Shown: positions 9,667 to 19,232 of the stretch, piece by piece
Layout: every line of letters starts with the position of its first letter
Position numbering within the stretch: position 1 is the stretch's first letter
Sequence record: DRR378314_1424
Reading direction: 5' to 3' (one strand)
Length of the DNA stretch: 64,000 nt
The notes under the pieces: generated by a model
What the model was told of the DNA's origin: nothing
The model's database searches: none
The model's input: only the letters and a program-made list of their open reading frames with translations
Made by a program: the position numbers and the translations under genes

Positions 9667-10647
9667 TTATGACCATGGGGCAAGTATGATTTTCGGGGCA
9701 GCAACCTTGCCCGCGCGCAGCTCTGCAAAAGCGGACGCGCCATCCGCCAGAGACCGGGTTTGCGTCCAGTTAAGCGGCCCCAGGCGTCCATCAAAAACGG
9801 CGGCGGCCGTGTCGCGGAAATCGGTGGCGGTGTAGGTATAGGTGCCGATAAACGTGATCTCTTGTAAGGTGGCACGGCGCACATCAAATCCAGGGCCATC
9901 ATCACCCAACCCCACATGCGCGATCACGCCGCCCGGCTGCACAAGCTTCGATGCAGAAGCGCGGGTGACACCAAATCCGACAGCATCTATCACAAGAGGA
10001 AAAGTCAAATCCGTTGCCGCGACCGCAGTCTGACCTGCCTGGTTAACGAGAAAAGAACATCTGGCGGAATCAGGTTCAACAATGGTCACGTCATTCAGGC
10101 CCATAGCCTTGAGTGAAAGGGCTGCGGCAAGACCGATTGCACCACCACCAATGACCAATGCCCGGCGCGCCATCGCAGGATGCAGCGCCTCAAGCGCCAA
10201 TCGGGCAGCATGCCAGCTGACAGCCAACGGTTCGGTGAGTGCGGCTTTTTCCAGCGGCACATCATCTGGCACTTCGACCAGATTGGACATGGGCATCGCC
10301 ACATATTGCGCAAACGCCCCCTCGCGCGGGGCCATCGAGATGATCTGACGGTCTGGGCAGAGATTTTCGCGGCCTGCCACGCAGGCGGGGCAGGTTTTGC
10401 AATTCACCAAAGGATTCACGGTGACGCGCATGCCGTCATATGTGCCGCCCACAATTGTGCCAGCGGCCTCGTGCCCCAGAATAAGCGGGGCGGGTCGGCG
10501 CGCATCGTGGCCGAGATAGGCATGCATGTCCGACCCGCAAATCCCCACGGCCTCAACCTTGATCAGATGCTCTCCGGCCTGTGGAACAGCATCAGGTACA
10601 TCGGTGAAATCCAATGTCTCAATTCCCTGATAAACCAGCGCTTTCAT
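9667..10647 (-). CDS. hpsP: Zn-dependent alcohol dehydrogenase, DHPS dehydrogenase HpsP
   Basis: GICGSD, GHE, CxxCxxC...C structural Zn site, GGGAIG; third gene of the hpsNOP order. Confidence 0.85.
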   Translation of the reverse strand: MKALVYQGIETLDFTDVPDAVPQAGEHLIKVEAVGICGSDMHAYLGHDARRPAPLILGHEAAGTIVGGTYDGMRVTVNPLVNCKTCPACVAGRENLCPDRQIISMAPREGAFAQYVAMPMSNLVEVPDDVPLEKAALTEPLAVSWHAARLALEALHPAMARRALVIGGGAIGLAAALSLKAMGLNDVTIVEPDSARCSFLVNQAGQTAVAATDLTFPLVIDAVGFGVTRASASKLVQPGGVIAHVGLGDDGPGFDVRRATLQEITFIGTYTYTATDFRDTAAAVFDGRLGPLNWTQTRSLADGASAFAELRAGKVAAPKIILAPWS

Positions 10648-11405
10648 TTTGCGGTAAACCCTCCGTCAACCATCAGGACCTGACCTGTGACAAAGGCCGA
10701 TGCCTCCGAGCATAGAAACAAGATCGGGCCGTCCATATCTTCTAGCGTACCGTTACGGCCCAGACAGGTCTGCGCCGCATTTCGGTCTGCCCGCGCGGGC
10801 TCATCAAAAACCGCGGCTGTCAGCTCAGTTGGAAAGAACCCCGGTCCGATGGCATTTGCGGTGATCCCGTGAGGGGACCAAGCCTCTGCCATGGCGCGGG
10901 TCAATTGGCTGATGGCACCCTTGGTCGCACCGTAGGCAATGCCACCTGGAAATGCGCGTGTGCTTTGCAAAGAGGCAAAGTTCACGATCCGTCCCCAGCC
11001 TTTTGCCTGCATGGCAGGCACAAATGCCTGTGACAAAAAGAAGGGCGCAGAGAGGTTGAGCGCAACTGTGCGATCCCAACCCTCTGGTGTCACCTCATCC
11101 GCCACTTCGCGGGTATTGATGCCTGCCGCGTGAACCAGAATATCTGGTGCCCCAAAGGGTGCGGAAACATCCTTGACCAATTGCGGTAAACGCTCCCGAT
11201 CTGCCACATCGGCCACCACACGCGCGGCGGCGGGACCGATATCTGCACAAAGGCTGTCCAAAGCCTCAGCGCGTCGGGCGACCCCCACAACCGATGCGCC
11301 TGCTGCAGCAAGCGTGATTGCCGCACGGCGTCCAAGGCCGGAACTTGCACCTGTAATGCAAGCAACCTTGCCGGTCAGATCAAATAGGGGCGCGGTGTCA
11401 GCCAT
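10644..11405 (-). CDS. hpsO: SDR family oxidoreductase, DHPS dehydrogenase HpsO
   Basis: TGASSGLG, YGATK, NAIGPG, VDGG; lies between hpsN and hpsP. Confidence 0.85.
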   Translation of the reverse strand: MADTAPLFDLTGKVACITGASSGLGRRAAITLAAAGASVVGVARRAEALDSLCADIGPAAARVVADVADRERLPQLVKDVSAPFGAPDILVHAAGINTREVADEVTPEGWDRTVALNLSAPFFLSQAFVPAMQAKGWGRIVNFASLQSTRAFPGGIAYGATKGAISQLTRAMAEAWSPHGITANAIGPGFFPTELTAAVFDEPARADRNAAQTCLGRNGTLEDMDGPILFLCSEASAFVTGQVLMVDGGFTAK

Positions 11406-11409
11406 GCGT

Positions 11410-12717
11410 TCAGCCTTCGGCCGTCAGGTCAAAATTCTCGCCGGGGAAATACTTGGCCAGACGCACATCTGCGGCGCGCGCGTGCCCTTCCATCCCCTCA
11501 AGCCGCGAGATGCGGGCCGTTGCGATCGCCACATCTTTGGACGCCTCTTGTGTGGCGCGTTGCCAGGTGACGATCTTCATATACTTGTGCACTGACAAAC
11601 CACCCGTATAGCCCGCCGCACCAGAGGTCGGAAGCACGTGGTTGGTGCCTGACGCTTTGTCGCCATAAGACACGGTTGTTTCCTCGCCCAAGAACAACGA
11701 GCCGTAACAGGTCAGATTTTCCAGCCACCAATCCAGATCTTCTGCCATGACTGTCAGATGCTCTGGTGCGTATTCATCGCTGCATTTAGCCATATCCACC
11801 CGGTCCGCGCAGACGATCACTTCGGCATAGTCGCGCCATGCGGCAAAGGCGTTGTCGCGGTTCAGCTGCGGCAGATCCTCGATCAGGCCAGGCACACGCG
11901 CCATGACGTCTTTGGCCAATGCATGGTCATCCGTCACCAGCCAGACGGGGGAGTTATAACCGTGCTCGGCTTGGCTGACCAAGTCAGTCGCCACAATGTG
12001 CGGATCTGCGTTTTTATCCGCAAGGATCAGACTGTCCGTAGGACCTGCGATCATGTCGATACCAACGCTGCCGAACAGGATCCGCTTGGCTTCGGCAACA
12101 AACTGGTTGCCGGGACCGACGAGGATATTGGCCTTTGGCAAGCCAAAGAGACCATAGGTCATGGCTGCAACACCCTGCACGCCGCCCATGGCCAAAATCT
12201 TGTCCGCACCGCAGATGTGCGCGGCATAGATGATGGCCGGGGCCACACCAACGTCGGGACGCGGGGGTGAACAGGCTGTGATGTGCCTGCATCCGGCAAC
12301 TTTTGCGGTGGTGACCGTCATGATTGCACTTGCGATGTGACTGTAGCGACCACCGGGAACATAGCAGCCAGCCGCATCAACCGGGATCGCCTTTTGGCCC
12401 GCCACATACCCCGGCTTAATTTCCATCTCGACGTCGGCAACCGTGCTCCTTTGCAATTCGGCAAAGCGTTTGACGTTGTCATGTGCGAACTGGATGTCGG
12501 CCTTGAGCTTGTCCGGGACCAAAGCGCTTGCAGCCTCGATTTCGGCCTGGGTCAATATGATATTACCGGCGTAATTGTCGAACTTGGCGGCATATTCCAT
12601 CGCTTTGGCGTCGCCGCCCGCTTTGATGTCATCCAGAATAGTGACCACGGTGTCATGGACGTCAGATGCTCCGGACGCCGAAGTCAGGGTCGCTTTCTTG
12701 AGGTATTCGCGTGTCAT
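11410..12717 (-). CDS. hpsN: Sulfopropanediol 3-dehydrogenase (histidinol dehydrogenase-like)
   Basis: GCYVPGGRYSHIASAIM, GPGNQFVAEAK, SQAEHG, APEHL, GTNHVLPT; context with comDE, TRAP and LacI genes. Confidence 0.92.
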   Translation of the reverse strand: MTREYLKKATLTSASGASDVHDTVVTILDDIKAGGDAKAMEYAAKFDNYAGNIILTQAEIEAASALVPDKLKADIQFAHDNVKRFAELQRSTVADVEMEIKPGYVAGQKAIPVDAAGCYVPGGRYSHIASAIMTVTTAKVAGCRHITACSPPRPDVGVAPAIIYAAHICGADKILAMGGVQGVAAMTYGLFGLPKANILVGPGNQFVAEAKRILFGSVGIDMIAGPTDSLILADKNADPHIVATDLVSQAEHGYNSPVWLVTDDHALAKDVMARVPGLIEDLPQLNRDNAFAAWRDYAEVIVCADRVDMAKCSDEYAPEHLTVMAEDLDWWLENLTCYGSLFLGEETTVSYGDKASGTNHVLPTSGAAGYTGGLSVHKYMKIVTWQRATQEASKDVAIATARISRLEGMEGHARAADVRLAKYFPGENFDLTAEG

Positions 12718-12729
12718 GTATGTAGTGTC

Positions 12730-13230
12730 CTACTTGTAGATATCTGGAAGCAAAGTTGTCGAAACGGCTGGCACATAGGCAATGAACAACACCACAACAA
12801 ACATGCACAGTACTAAGGGCACAGCCCGCGCGACGATTTTCAGGGTCGCTTCACCCGTGATCCCCGAGGCCACAACGAGACTAAGGCCTAGCGGTGACGT
12901 GATAAATCCGACGCCGAGGGCGGTGATCACCATAATGCAGCACCGGGTTTCGTTCATGCCGATGTTTTCGAGCAAGGGCTGAGGGATGGGTGCCAAGATC
13001 GCGATGTTGGGGGTGGCCTCCATCACACAGCCTGCGGCGATCAGAATGCCGATCATCAAAAGGATCAGGATCCACGGTTCGTGCGTAAGGCCAGTAGCGG
13101 ATGCAACAAAGCCTTGCGGCACAGCCATGATCGACAAGGCTGTGGCAAGTGGGGCAGAAAATGCGATAATCGGAAGGATCACGCCGTTAACCTTGGCAGA
13201 GCTTACATGCATGGCAGGGAAGTCCGCAAA
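12730..13230 (-). pseudogene. C-terminal remnant of a TRAP large permease (hpsM-like); the solute-binding and small permease genes are missing
   Basis: DctM C-terminal motifs AGCVMEATPNIAILAP and GFITSPLGL, but only about 165 codons versus more than 400 expected. Confidence 0.8.
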
Positions 13231-13231
13231 A

Positions 13232-13330
13232 CTAAGCGTTCTGAGGATAGAATGCAGCATCGGCGAAAGCGCCCAGAGCTACGTTCGAAAAGAATATCGC
13301 AAACACAAAAACTGCACCGACGAGAAACAT
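13232..13330 (-). pseudogene. Short hydrophobic ORF, probably the truncated first gene of the hps operon
   Basis: GGGAGG RBS, MFLVGAVFVFAIFFSNVALGAFADAAF, ending at the deletion junction. Confidence 0.45.
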
Positions 13331-13363
13331 GACAAGCCTCCCTGCTGTCTGGTTCTGCAGCCA

Positions 13364-13402
13364 GTGTAAGCGCTTGCAGTTTGTCTTTGCAAGCGCTTAC
13401 AC
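13364..13402. promoter_or_regulatory. Twin LacI-type operators (putative HpsR sites)
   Basis: GTGTAAGCGCTTGCA (13364-13378) and its exact reverse complement TGCAAGCGCTTACAC (13388-13402); each has the central AGCGCT typical of LacI operators. Confidence 0.85.
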
Positions 13403-13468
13403 CTTTAAACTAACCAATTGTTATTTTACGCTGGGCAGCACAAGAAATCGCCAAGGATCTGCCTGTAA

Positions 13469-14485
13469 ATGCCAGTATCACCGCACATTCCTACGTTGGA
13501 TGATGTCGCAAATGCTGCTGGTGTTTCGACGGCTACAGTGTCGCGTTGCCTGAATGAAAAGCAAAAAGTGTCGCCCAAGACGCTCGAAAAGGTGATGGAA
13601 GCTGTCGAATCGCTTGGCTACATACCGAACTTCAATGCACGTGCGATGGCGGCCAGGCAGTCCCATACAATTGGCGCGATTATCCCGACAATGGAGAATG
13701 CAATCTTCGCGCGTGGGCTGCAGGCTTTTCAGGAAGCACTTCTTGATCAGGGCTACAATTTACTGGTTTCAAGCAGCGCCTATCAGCCCAATCTGGAAGC
13801 GCAGCAAATTCGCGAACTTGTGGCGCGGGGCGCAGATGGGCTGCTGTTGATCGGCTATGAACGGGACGAAGCGGTTTATGACTATCTTGCCCGCCGTGGC
13901 ATTCCCACTTTGCTTGCATGGGCATCACTGCCGGACACACGGCATGCCTCTGTCGGCTTTGATAATCGCGCGGCGATGCGGTGTTTGGCGGACCGTGTCA
14001 TAGGCTTAGGCCACCGAAAGATAGCTGTCATTTCCGGCATTATTGATGGCAATGACCGCGCCGCAGAAAGATTGGCCGGTATTAAAGACAGTTGGCAGGC
14101 GCATGGTTTTCACTTGGATGACCTTCCCATTATTCAAACGCCATACGAAATAGAAAACGGCGCTGCTGCCTTTGTCGAGCTGATGCAAGCCGATGTGAAA
14201 CCAACCGTGATCATGTGCGGGAACGATGTTCTTGCGGCCGGGGTCATCTCCAAGGCACGCGATATTGGGATCAATGTCCCAGATGATGTTTCGGTCACCG
14301 GGTTCGATGATATTGAACTGGCCAAACATGTCTTCCCCGCCCTCACCACAGTGCACGTGCCGCACCGTGAAATGGGCCGCATCGCAGCCGAAAACCTGAT
14401 CGCTCTGATCGAAAAACGAGCGGAAAAAGCGACGCATCGGCTTGATGTTTCCATCGTGATGCGTGCGTCCCTCAAGGGGCTGTAG
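13469..14485 (+). CDS. hpsR: LacI family regulator (HpsR-like)
   Basis: TLDDVANAAGVSTATVSR HTH, YIPNFNARAM, SVTGFDD; divergent from the hps genes. Confidence 0.88.
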   Translation: MPVSPHIPTLDDVANAAGVSTATVSRCLNEKQKVSPKTLEKVMEAVESLGYIPNFNARAMAARQSHTIGAIIPTMENAIFARGLQAFQEALLDQGYNLLVSSSAYQPNLEAQQIRELVARGADGLLLIGYERDEAVYDYLARRGIPTLLAWASLPDTRHASVGFDNRAAMRCLADRVIGLGHRKIAVISGIIDGNDRAAERLAGIKDSWQAHGFHLDDLPIIQTPYEIENGAAAFVELMQADVKPTVIMCGNDVLAAGVISKARDIGINVPDDVSVTGFDDIELAKHVFPALTTVHVPHREMGRIAAENLIALIEKRAEKATHRLDVSIVMRASLKGL

Positions 14486-14668
14486 GGAAGCAATCTGTAA
14501 CGCCCAGAACGGAATGGCATGCAAGCTTATCTGAGCCAATTGTCCTGAGCATTACGCGTTCAGCAACTACACGATCCAATTCTCGCCTGAACCTGATCTC
14601 ACCCTGTTGCACCACAAACGAACGGCGCTGCGGCAAGCGAAACCTGAGAACGGGCCGCACGCACCGCT

Positions 14669-15184
14669 CTACTTGAAGTTCCGAATTTTATTGTCCGCAC
14701 ACAGGACGTCGCAACACTTCGTGTGTTTTGTCCAATCCCCCATAACCGAGTGGCCGGTCCAGATATCCACGTCAAGCATCGCCACAGGTTTCATCACGAC
14801 CTTACCACCATCATTTTTAATTCTGTTCAGCCGAGCGTGAATATCCATGACATGCAATTTGGGCATTTTGGCAGACTTGACCCACATCTTTAGTGGCGCA
14901 AACTCATAGGCATAGTCGAAGGGCGTTTCCGGCGGAAGCGGGTTCCTCTTTGATTGTTTGTCGTACTTCTTTGCGTACCAACTAACGACAAATGTTGCCT
15001 CATATATGCCTTCCGGTCGCTTGATCTTGATCTTGGGGGTTTGGGACATGCCGACCATACCATCGTAGTTCTTACCGGTAAGAACCTTATTTTTGTGCCT
15101 CAACCCTTTAAGTTCAAGTTTCTGAAAGCTGACCCCGAGCTTCATCAGGATAAAGTTCTTCTTTTCTTCTTTCCATGCGGCCAT
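14669..15184 (-). CDS. Hypothetical basic, Lys-rich protein
   Basis: 171-codon ORF with AGAGGAG RBS; no recognisable motif. Confidence 0.65.
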   Translation of the reverse strand: MAAWKEEKKNFILMKLGVSFQKLELKGLRHKNKVLTGKNYDGMVGMSQTPKIKIKRPEGIYEATFVVSWYAKKYDKQSKRNPLPPETPFDYAYEFAPLKMWVKSAKMPKLHVMDIHARLNRIKNDGGKVVMKPVAMLDVDIWTGHSVMGDWTKHTKCCDVLCADNKIRNFK

Positions 15185-15543
15185 TGCATGTCTCCTCTAA
15201 TTACTTTGGCTATTCTCGGTCTTGATGTTGAAACGGACTCTTGGTGTGGCTAATTTCATTCGCCGATGGAGTTTTCGATGAGCTAGGTCTGCAAACAGTT
15301 GGGTGGTAAAATTTGACGCTGCCAGCATAAGCCCAAGACGGCTCAACTAGGATCAAAATAAATCCAATGAGCACGCGACAGCGTCTCTAAAAATTTCTGC
15401 TTAGAAAATGTGTTCGCCAACAATCAAAACCGTAAAACTCTGTCTTCAATTTTGCGTGCTCGCTTTCTCAGGTCAAACCCATAGCGTCGCCATGGTCTGC
15501 CAAAGGCATCCAATTTCAACTTTTTCCAGAGGTTAGAGCGCGC

Positions 15544-15563
15544 TATACCTCAAATTGGGTATA
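15544..15563. promoter_or_regulatory. 20-bp dyad upstream of the LuxR-HTH/hydrolase gene
   Basis: TATACC-tcaaattg-GGTATA. Confidence 0.5.
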
Positions 15564-15609
15564 TGCCCCGAAGAAACGCTTCAACCATAGCGATCAAGGT
15601 CTTGTCCAG

Positions 15610-17385
15610 ATGCCCGACAGAGTAACGGAAACACCCATGGAAAATGACGACGAGACGGAAAGAAAGACGCTGGAACTCGTTGAAAGCATTTATAGAATTG
15701 CCCTAGAACCGCATACCTATGATTCCTTCATGGGGCGATGGGATGCGTTTGTCCAAGATCGCCTCAGCGCACTTGACCTGTTGCGCAGCGAAGCGGGCAC
15801 CATGGAAACCTCTGAGATAGCCACGCATTTTGAAATTGCCGAGCGCCTGCTTGAACAGACCCGTACCGTGGGTGAGGCACAAGCGCCGGCACCCGAAACC
15901 AAGACCGCATCAGGCCCTGACCCGCAATTTCTGATCGACAGTTCTGGGGTGGTCGTGTGGTCCAATGCAGCCGCGGCCAGAACCTTTCAGTTGAAGCGGA
16001 CAACCCGCTTTGACGATCTGGGGCTGCCAGACCGCTACCACACGGCGCTTGCACAACGCATTGCGGCCCTTGGCACGGAAGCAGAACACGGCGATCCGCC
16101 ACTCATCTTCCAAATGCCGGCTGTAGCTGCCTCTGACGGATTGGTTGTCGGGGATATGGTTCATCTTCAGGCGCAACGGCTCCACGAAAAACTGGGCAGT
16201 GATCTGCTGCTGGTCGGGCCATTGGTCGCGCATTGGCCGCCTTCCATGCCCGGCCTTCTGATGAAGACCTACGGCCTTAGCCAGTCTGAGTGTGAGATTT
16301 GTGAACTGCTCAGCCGTGCACACCGTCCCAAGGATGTGGCTTCCTATCGAAAAAGTTCGATTGCGACGGTGCGTACCCAGATCAAGTCGTTGTTGGTAAA
16401 AACCGGGTGCGGATCGCAAACCGAACTCGTGCGGTTGTTGCATCTGCTGATGCGCGTCGCAGAAAACCACGGCCCTTCCCGGCCTGCCGCGCCTATTTCC
16501 CAAGGGAAAATGACAACGATCCTTCTGGACAGTGGCATTTTGATGCCCGTGGAGGTGCATGGACCTGCCAATGGGAAACCCGTGATATTCCTGCATGGCA
16601 TGCTGGACGGTGCCAGCCTGACTTTGCAACTGCGAGAAGCCCTCGCTCTTCGGGGGTTCCGTTTTATCTGCCCAACACGGCCCTGGTTTGGCAATGCAGA
16701 GCCTGATTACGGCCCCATGGACACTGCGCCTGCGCGCATTGGAACAGACCTGCGGGAAATGTGCGAAAAATTGGGAATACGAAATGCCATAGTTTTGGGC
16801 CATATGGCCGGGTCTGTTTATGCTTTTGCCAGCGCTGCAAAAGCACCAGAACATATCGATGCCATTGTGAGTGTTTCGGGCGGCGTACCCATCGTTTCCA
16901 GATCGCAGTTTGCAGATATGTCTCATCGCCAGCGTATCGTGGCTTATACCGCGCGCTATACGCCAAGCTTGCTGCCCTTTGTCGTGCGCGCCGGTATCAA
17001 TCAGATCAACAGCGGTGGTACAGAGCGTTTTATGCAATCTCTTTATGCCGATGCACCAATTGACATGCAGGTTTTGGCCGACCCTGAAGTGTCCCGTATT
17101 GTGCTGGAAGGGTACAAATTCGCAACTCGTCAGGGTCATTCCGCGTTTGAGATCGACAGTTATCAGGTAGTACGTGACTGGTCGCATCTGGTGGCCGGAT
17201 CGGACGTTCCCGTCAAACTGATACATGGCGCACATGACCCTGTCGTAAGCGCGAAATCCGTGCGGGATTTTGCAAGGCACTTGGGCAACCGGGCATCGTT
17301 GGAGATTTTCGAGGACGCAGGCCAATTGTTGCTGCACCAATTCCCCGAACGCGTTCTGGACGCACTTGCAGAGGTGAGCCCATAG
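15610..17385 (+). CDS. LuxR-type HTH plus alpha/beta-hydrolase fusion regulator
   Basis: YGLSQSECEICELL...SIATVRTQIKSLLVKTG.SQTELV HTH; IFLHGML, LGHMAGS, HGAHDP, EDAGQLL hydrolase fold. Confidence 0.85.
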   Translation: MPDRVTETPMENDDETERKTLELVESIYRIALEPHTYDSFMGRWDAFVQDRLSALDLLRSEAGTMETSEIATHFEIAERLLEQTRTVGEAQAPAPETKTASGPDPQFLIDSSGVVVWSNAAAARTFQLKRTTRFDDLGLPDRYHTALAQRIAALGTEAEHGDPPLIFQMPAVAASDGLVVGDMVHLQAQRLHEKLGSDLLLVGPLVAHWPPSMPGLLMKTYGLSQSECEICELLSRAHRPKDVASYRKSSIATVRTQIKSLLVKTGCGSQTELVRLLHLLMRVAENHGPSRPAAPISQGKMTTILLDSGILMPVEVHGPANGKPVIFLHGMLDGASLTLQLREALALRGFRFICPTRPWFGNAEPDYGPMDTAPARIGTDLREMCEKLGIRNAIVLGHMAGSVYAFASAAKAPEHIDAIVSVSGGVPIVSRSQFADMSHRQRIVAYTARYTPSLLPFVVRAGINQINSGGTERFMQSLYADAPIDMQVLADPEVSRIVLEGYKFATRQGHSAFEIDSYQVVRDWSHLVAGSDVPVKLIHGAHDPVVSAKSVRDFARHLGNRASLEIFEDAGQLLLHQFPERVLDALAEVSP

Positions 17386-17638
17386 CTATCTATTCTCAAC
17401 GCGGTAGCGGCAAGTTCGACAAAGACGCACGCCGCAGGCCGCGATTGACCTATCCGGCCAAAGGGAGCTTGCGCCTTGAATTGACGGGCATGCATAAACA
17501 AGCGGGACCTGAGATGTGCCTGCCTTGACGGCAACGCTAACCTGCCCTTCGGTTTCATCAGGCTGCTATTGCCCATGCCGCTTTCGCATGGTTGAGTACG
17601 CCCAAAGACGGGGCCGCGTTAATCCAATGGAGAGAAAA

Positions 17639-19210
17639 ATGAGAACATTGAAATCAGCTGTACTCGGAGGCATGCTGAGCCTGACGGCGATGAGTGTATC
17701 CGCAGAGACATTTCGCTGGGCTTCGACAACCGATCCACAAACCATGGACCCACATGCGGTAAACTCGGCTCCCGTTCTGTCGTTTCTCAACAACGTGTAC
17801 GAAGGGCTTGTGCGCCGTGGAAAGGACATGTCCATCGAAGCCTCACTGGCGACATCATGGGAACCGCTGGACGGCGAAAATGGTTGGCGCTTCACCCTGC
17901 GCGAAGGTGTGACATTCCAAGACGGCTCTGCATTCACATCTGAAGATGTGATGTTTTCTTACCAACGTGCGTCCAGCGAAGCCGCCGATGTCCGTTCATG
18001 GTTCGCGCCGGTCACAGAGGTGCGCGTTGTAGATGACTACACGATTGATTTTGTCACCTCTGCCCCCAACCCGCTGTTCCCCGATTCAATCGCGAACTTC
18101 ATGATCCTCGACAAAAGCTGGTCCGAGGCAAATGATGCGGCCCTGCCGGCACGTGACGCAGAAAACTTTGCAACGATGAACGTCAACGGCACAGGGCCGT
18201 TCACCTTGGCCAGCCGCGATCCTGGCGTACGCACCACCCTGACCCCCAATGCAAACTGGTGGGATGAGGTGGATCACAATATCTCCGAAGCCGTCTTTAC
18301 CCCTATCGGTAACTCCGCAACGGGTCTTGCAGCGCTCTTGTCAGGTGAGATTGATTTCATCCAACCGATCCCTTTGCAGGACATCGCTCAGGTTGAAGGT
18401 CGTGATGGCTTCAAGGTTCTGGAAGGTGAAGAGACACGCGTGATCATGTTTGGCTTTGGCCATGAACACGATGCATTGCTTTACTCATCCGACGTGACTG
18501 ACGCCAATCCCTTCACCGACCCACGCGTGCGTCTGGCCGCAGCCCATGCGCTTGACATGGCCTCGATTGACCGGGTGTTGTTCCGTGGCAAAATCGAAGC
18601 AGCAAGCCAACTGGTACCCGCCGGGATTTCTGGCTTCTCAGAAAGCAACGCAGATCGCCCGGCCTTTGACCCAGCGCGTGCGAAAGAGCTGCTGTCAGAA
18701 GCGGGCTATCCGGATGGGTTCTCCTTTGGTCTGAAGTGTACCAATGACCGCTATATCAACGATGAGGCCCTGTGCCGGGCGGCGGCATCCATGTTTGCGG
18801 CCGTTGGCCTGAACGCGGAGCTTAGCACCGGTCCTGTACGCGACTACTGGCCACAGCTGCGCGAAGATGACTTTGATATGTATCTGCTGGGCTGGTCACC
18901 GGGCACATTCGATATTGAGCACCCGATCCGGTTCCTGCTACACAGCCAAGACGATGAGCGCAAATTGGGTTCATGGAACTTCGGGAACTACTCCAACGCG
19001 CGCGTTGATGAATTGCTGCCGCAAATCCAGCAAGAAATCGATCTTGCTGCACGTCAGTCCATGATCGATGAGGTTGTCGCGATCACGCAGGATGAGGTTG
19101 CCTATATTCCGCTCTATACACAGCCATTGATCTGGGCGGCCAAAGAAAACGTCGACCTGACACAACGTGCGGATAACTTCTTTCTGTTGCGCTGGGTAAC
19201 AGTGAACTGA
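17639..19210 (+). CDS. Peptide/nickel-type ABC transporter substrate-binding protein (family 5)
   Basis: Signal peptide, TMDPH, VYEGLV, FTLREGVTFQDG, NGTGPF. Start chosen by GGAGAG RBS. Confidence 0.93.
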   Translation: MRTLKSAVLGGMLSLTAMSVSAETFRWASTTDPQTMDPHAVNSAPVLSFLNNVYEGLVRRGKDMSIEASLATSWEPLDGENGWRFTLREGVTFQDGSAFTSEDVMFSYQRASSEAADVRSWFAPVTEVRVVDDYTIDFVTSAPNPLFPDSIANFMILDKSWSEANDAALPARDAENFATMNVNGTGPFTLASRDPGVRTTLTPNANWWDEVDHNISEAVFTPIGNSATGLAALLSGEIDFIQPIPLQDIAQVEGRDGFKVLEGEETRVIMFGFGHEHDALLYSSDVTDANPFTDPRVRLAAAHALDMASIDRVLFRGKIEAASQLVPAGISGFSESNADRPAFDPARAKELLSEAGYPDGFSFGLKCTNDRYINDEALCRAAASMFAAVGLNAELSTGPVRDYWPQLREDDFDMYLLGWSPGTFDIEHPIRFLLHSQDDERKLGSWNFGNYSNARVDELLPQIQQEIDLAARQSMIDEVVAITQDEVAYIPLYTQPLIWAAKENVDLTQRADNFFLLRWVTVN

Positions 19211-19232
19211 TCCGAAAACAGGCAAAAAGGTA

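Noticed and set aside
11410-12717. Annotation as hisD (histidine biosynthesis)
   Set aside because: The SDR, Zn-ADH, TRAP, LacI and comDE context, plus the RYSHIASA motif, indicate HpsN.
15910-17340. 476-aa ORF antisense to the LuxR/hydrolase gene (likewise 29646-31052, 50842-52149, 55701-56822 and many shorter ones)
   Set aside because: Shadow ORFs opposite well-supported genes in GC-rich DNA, with no motifs.
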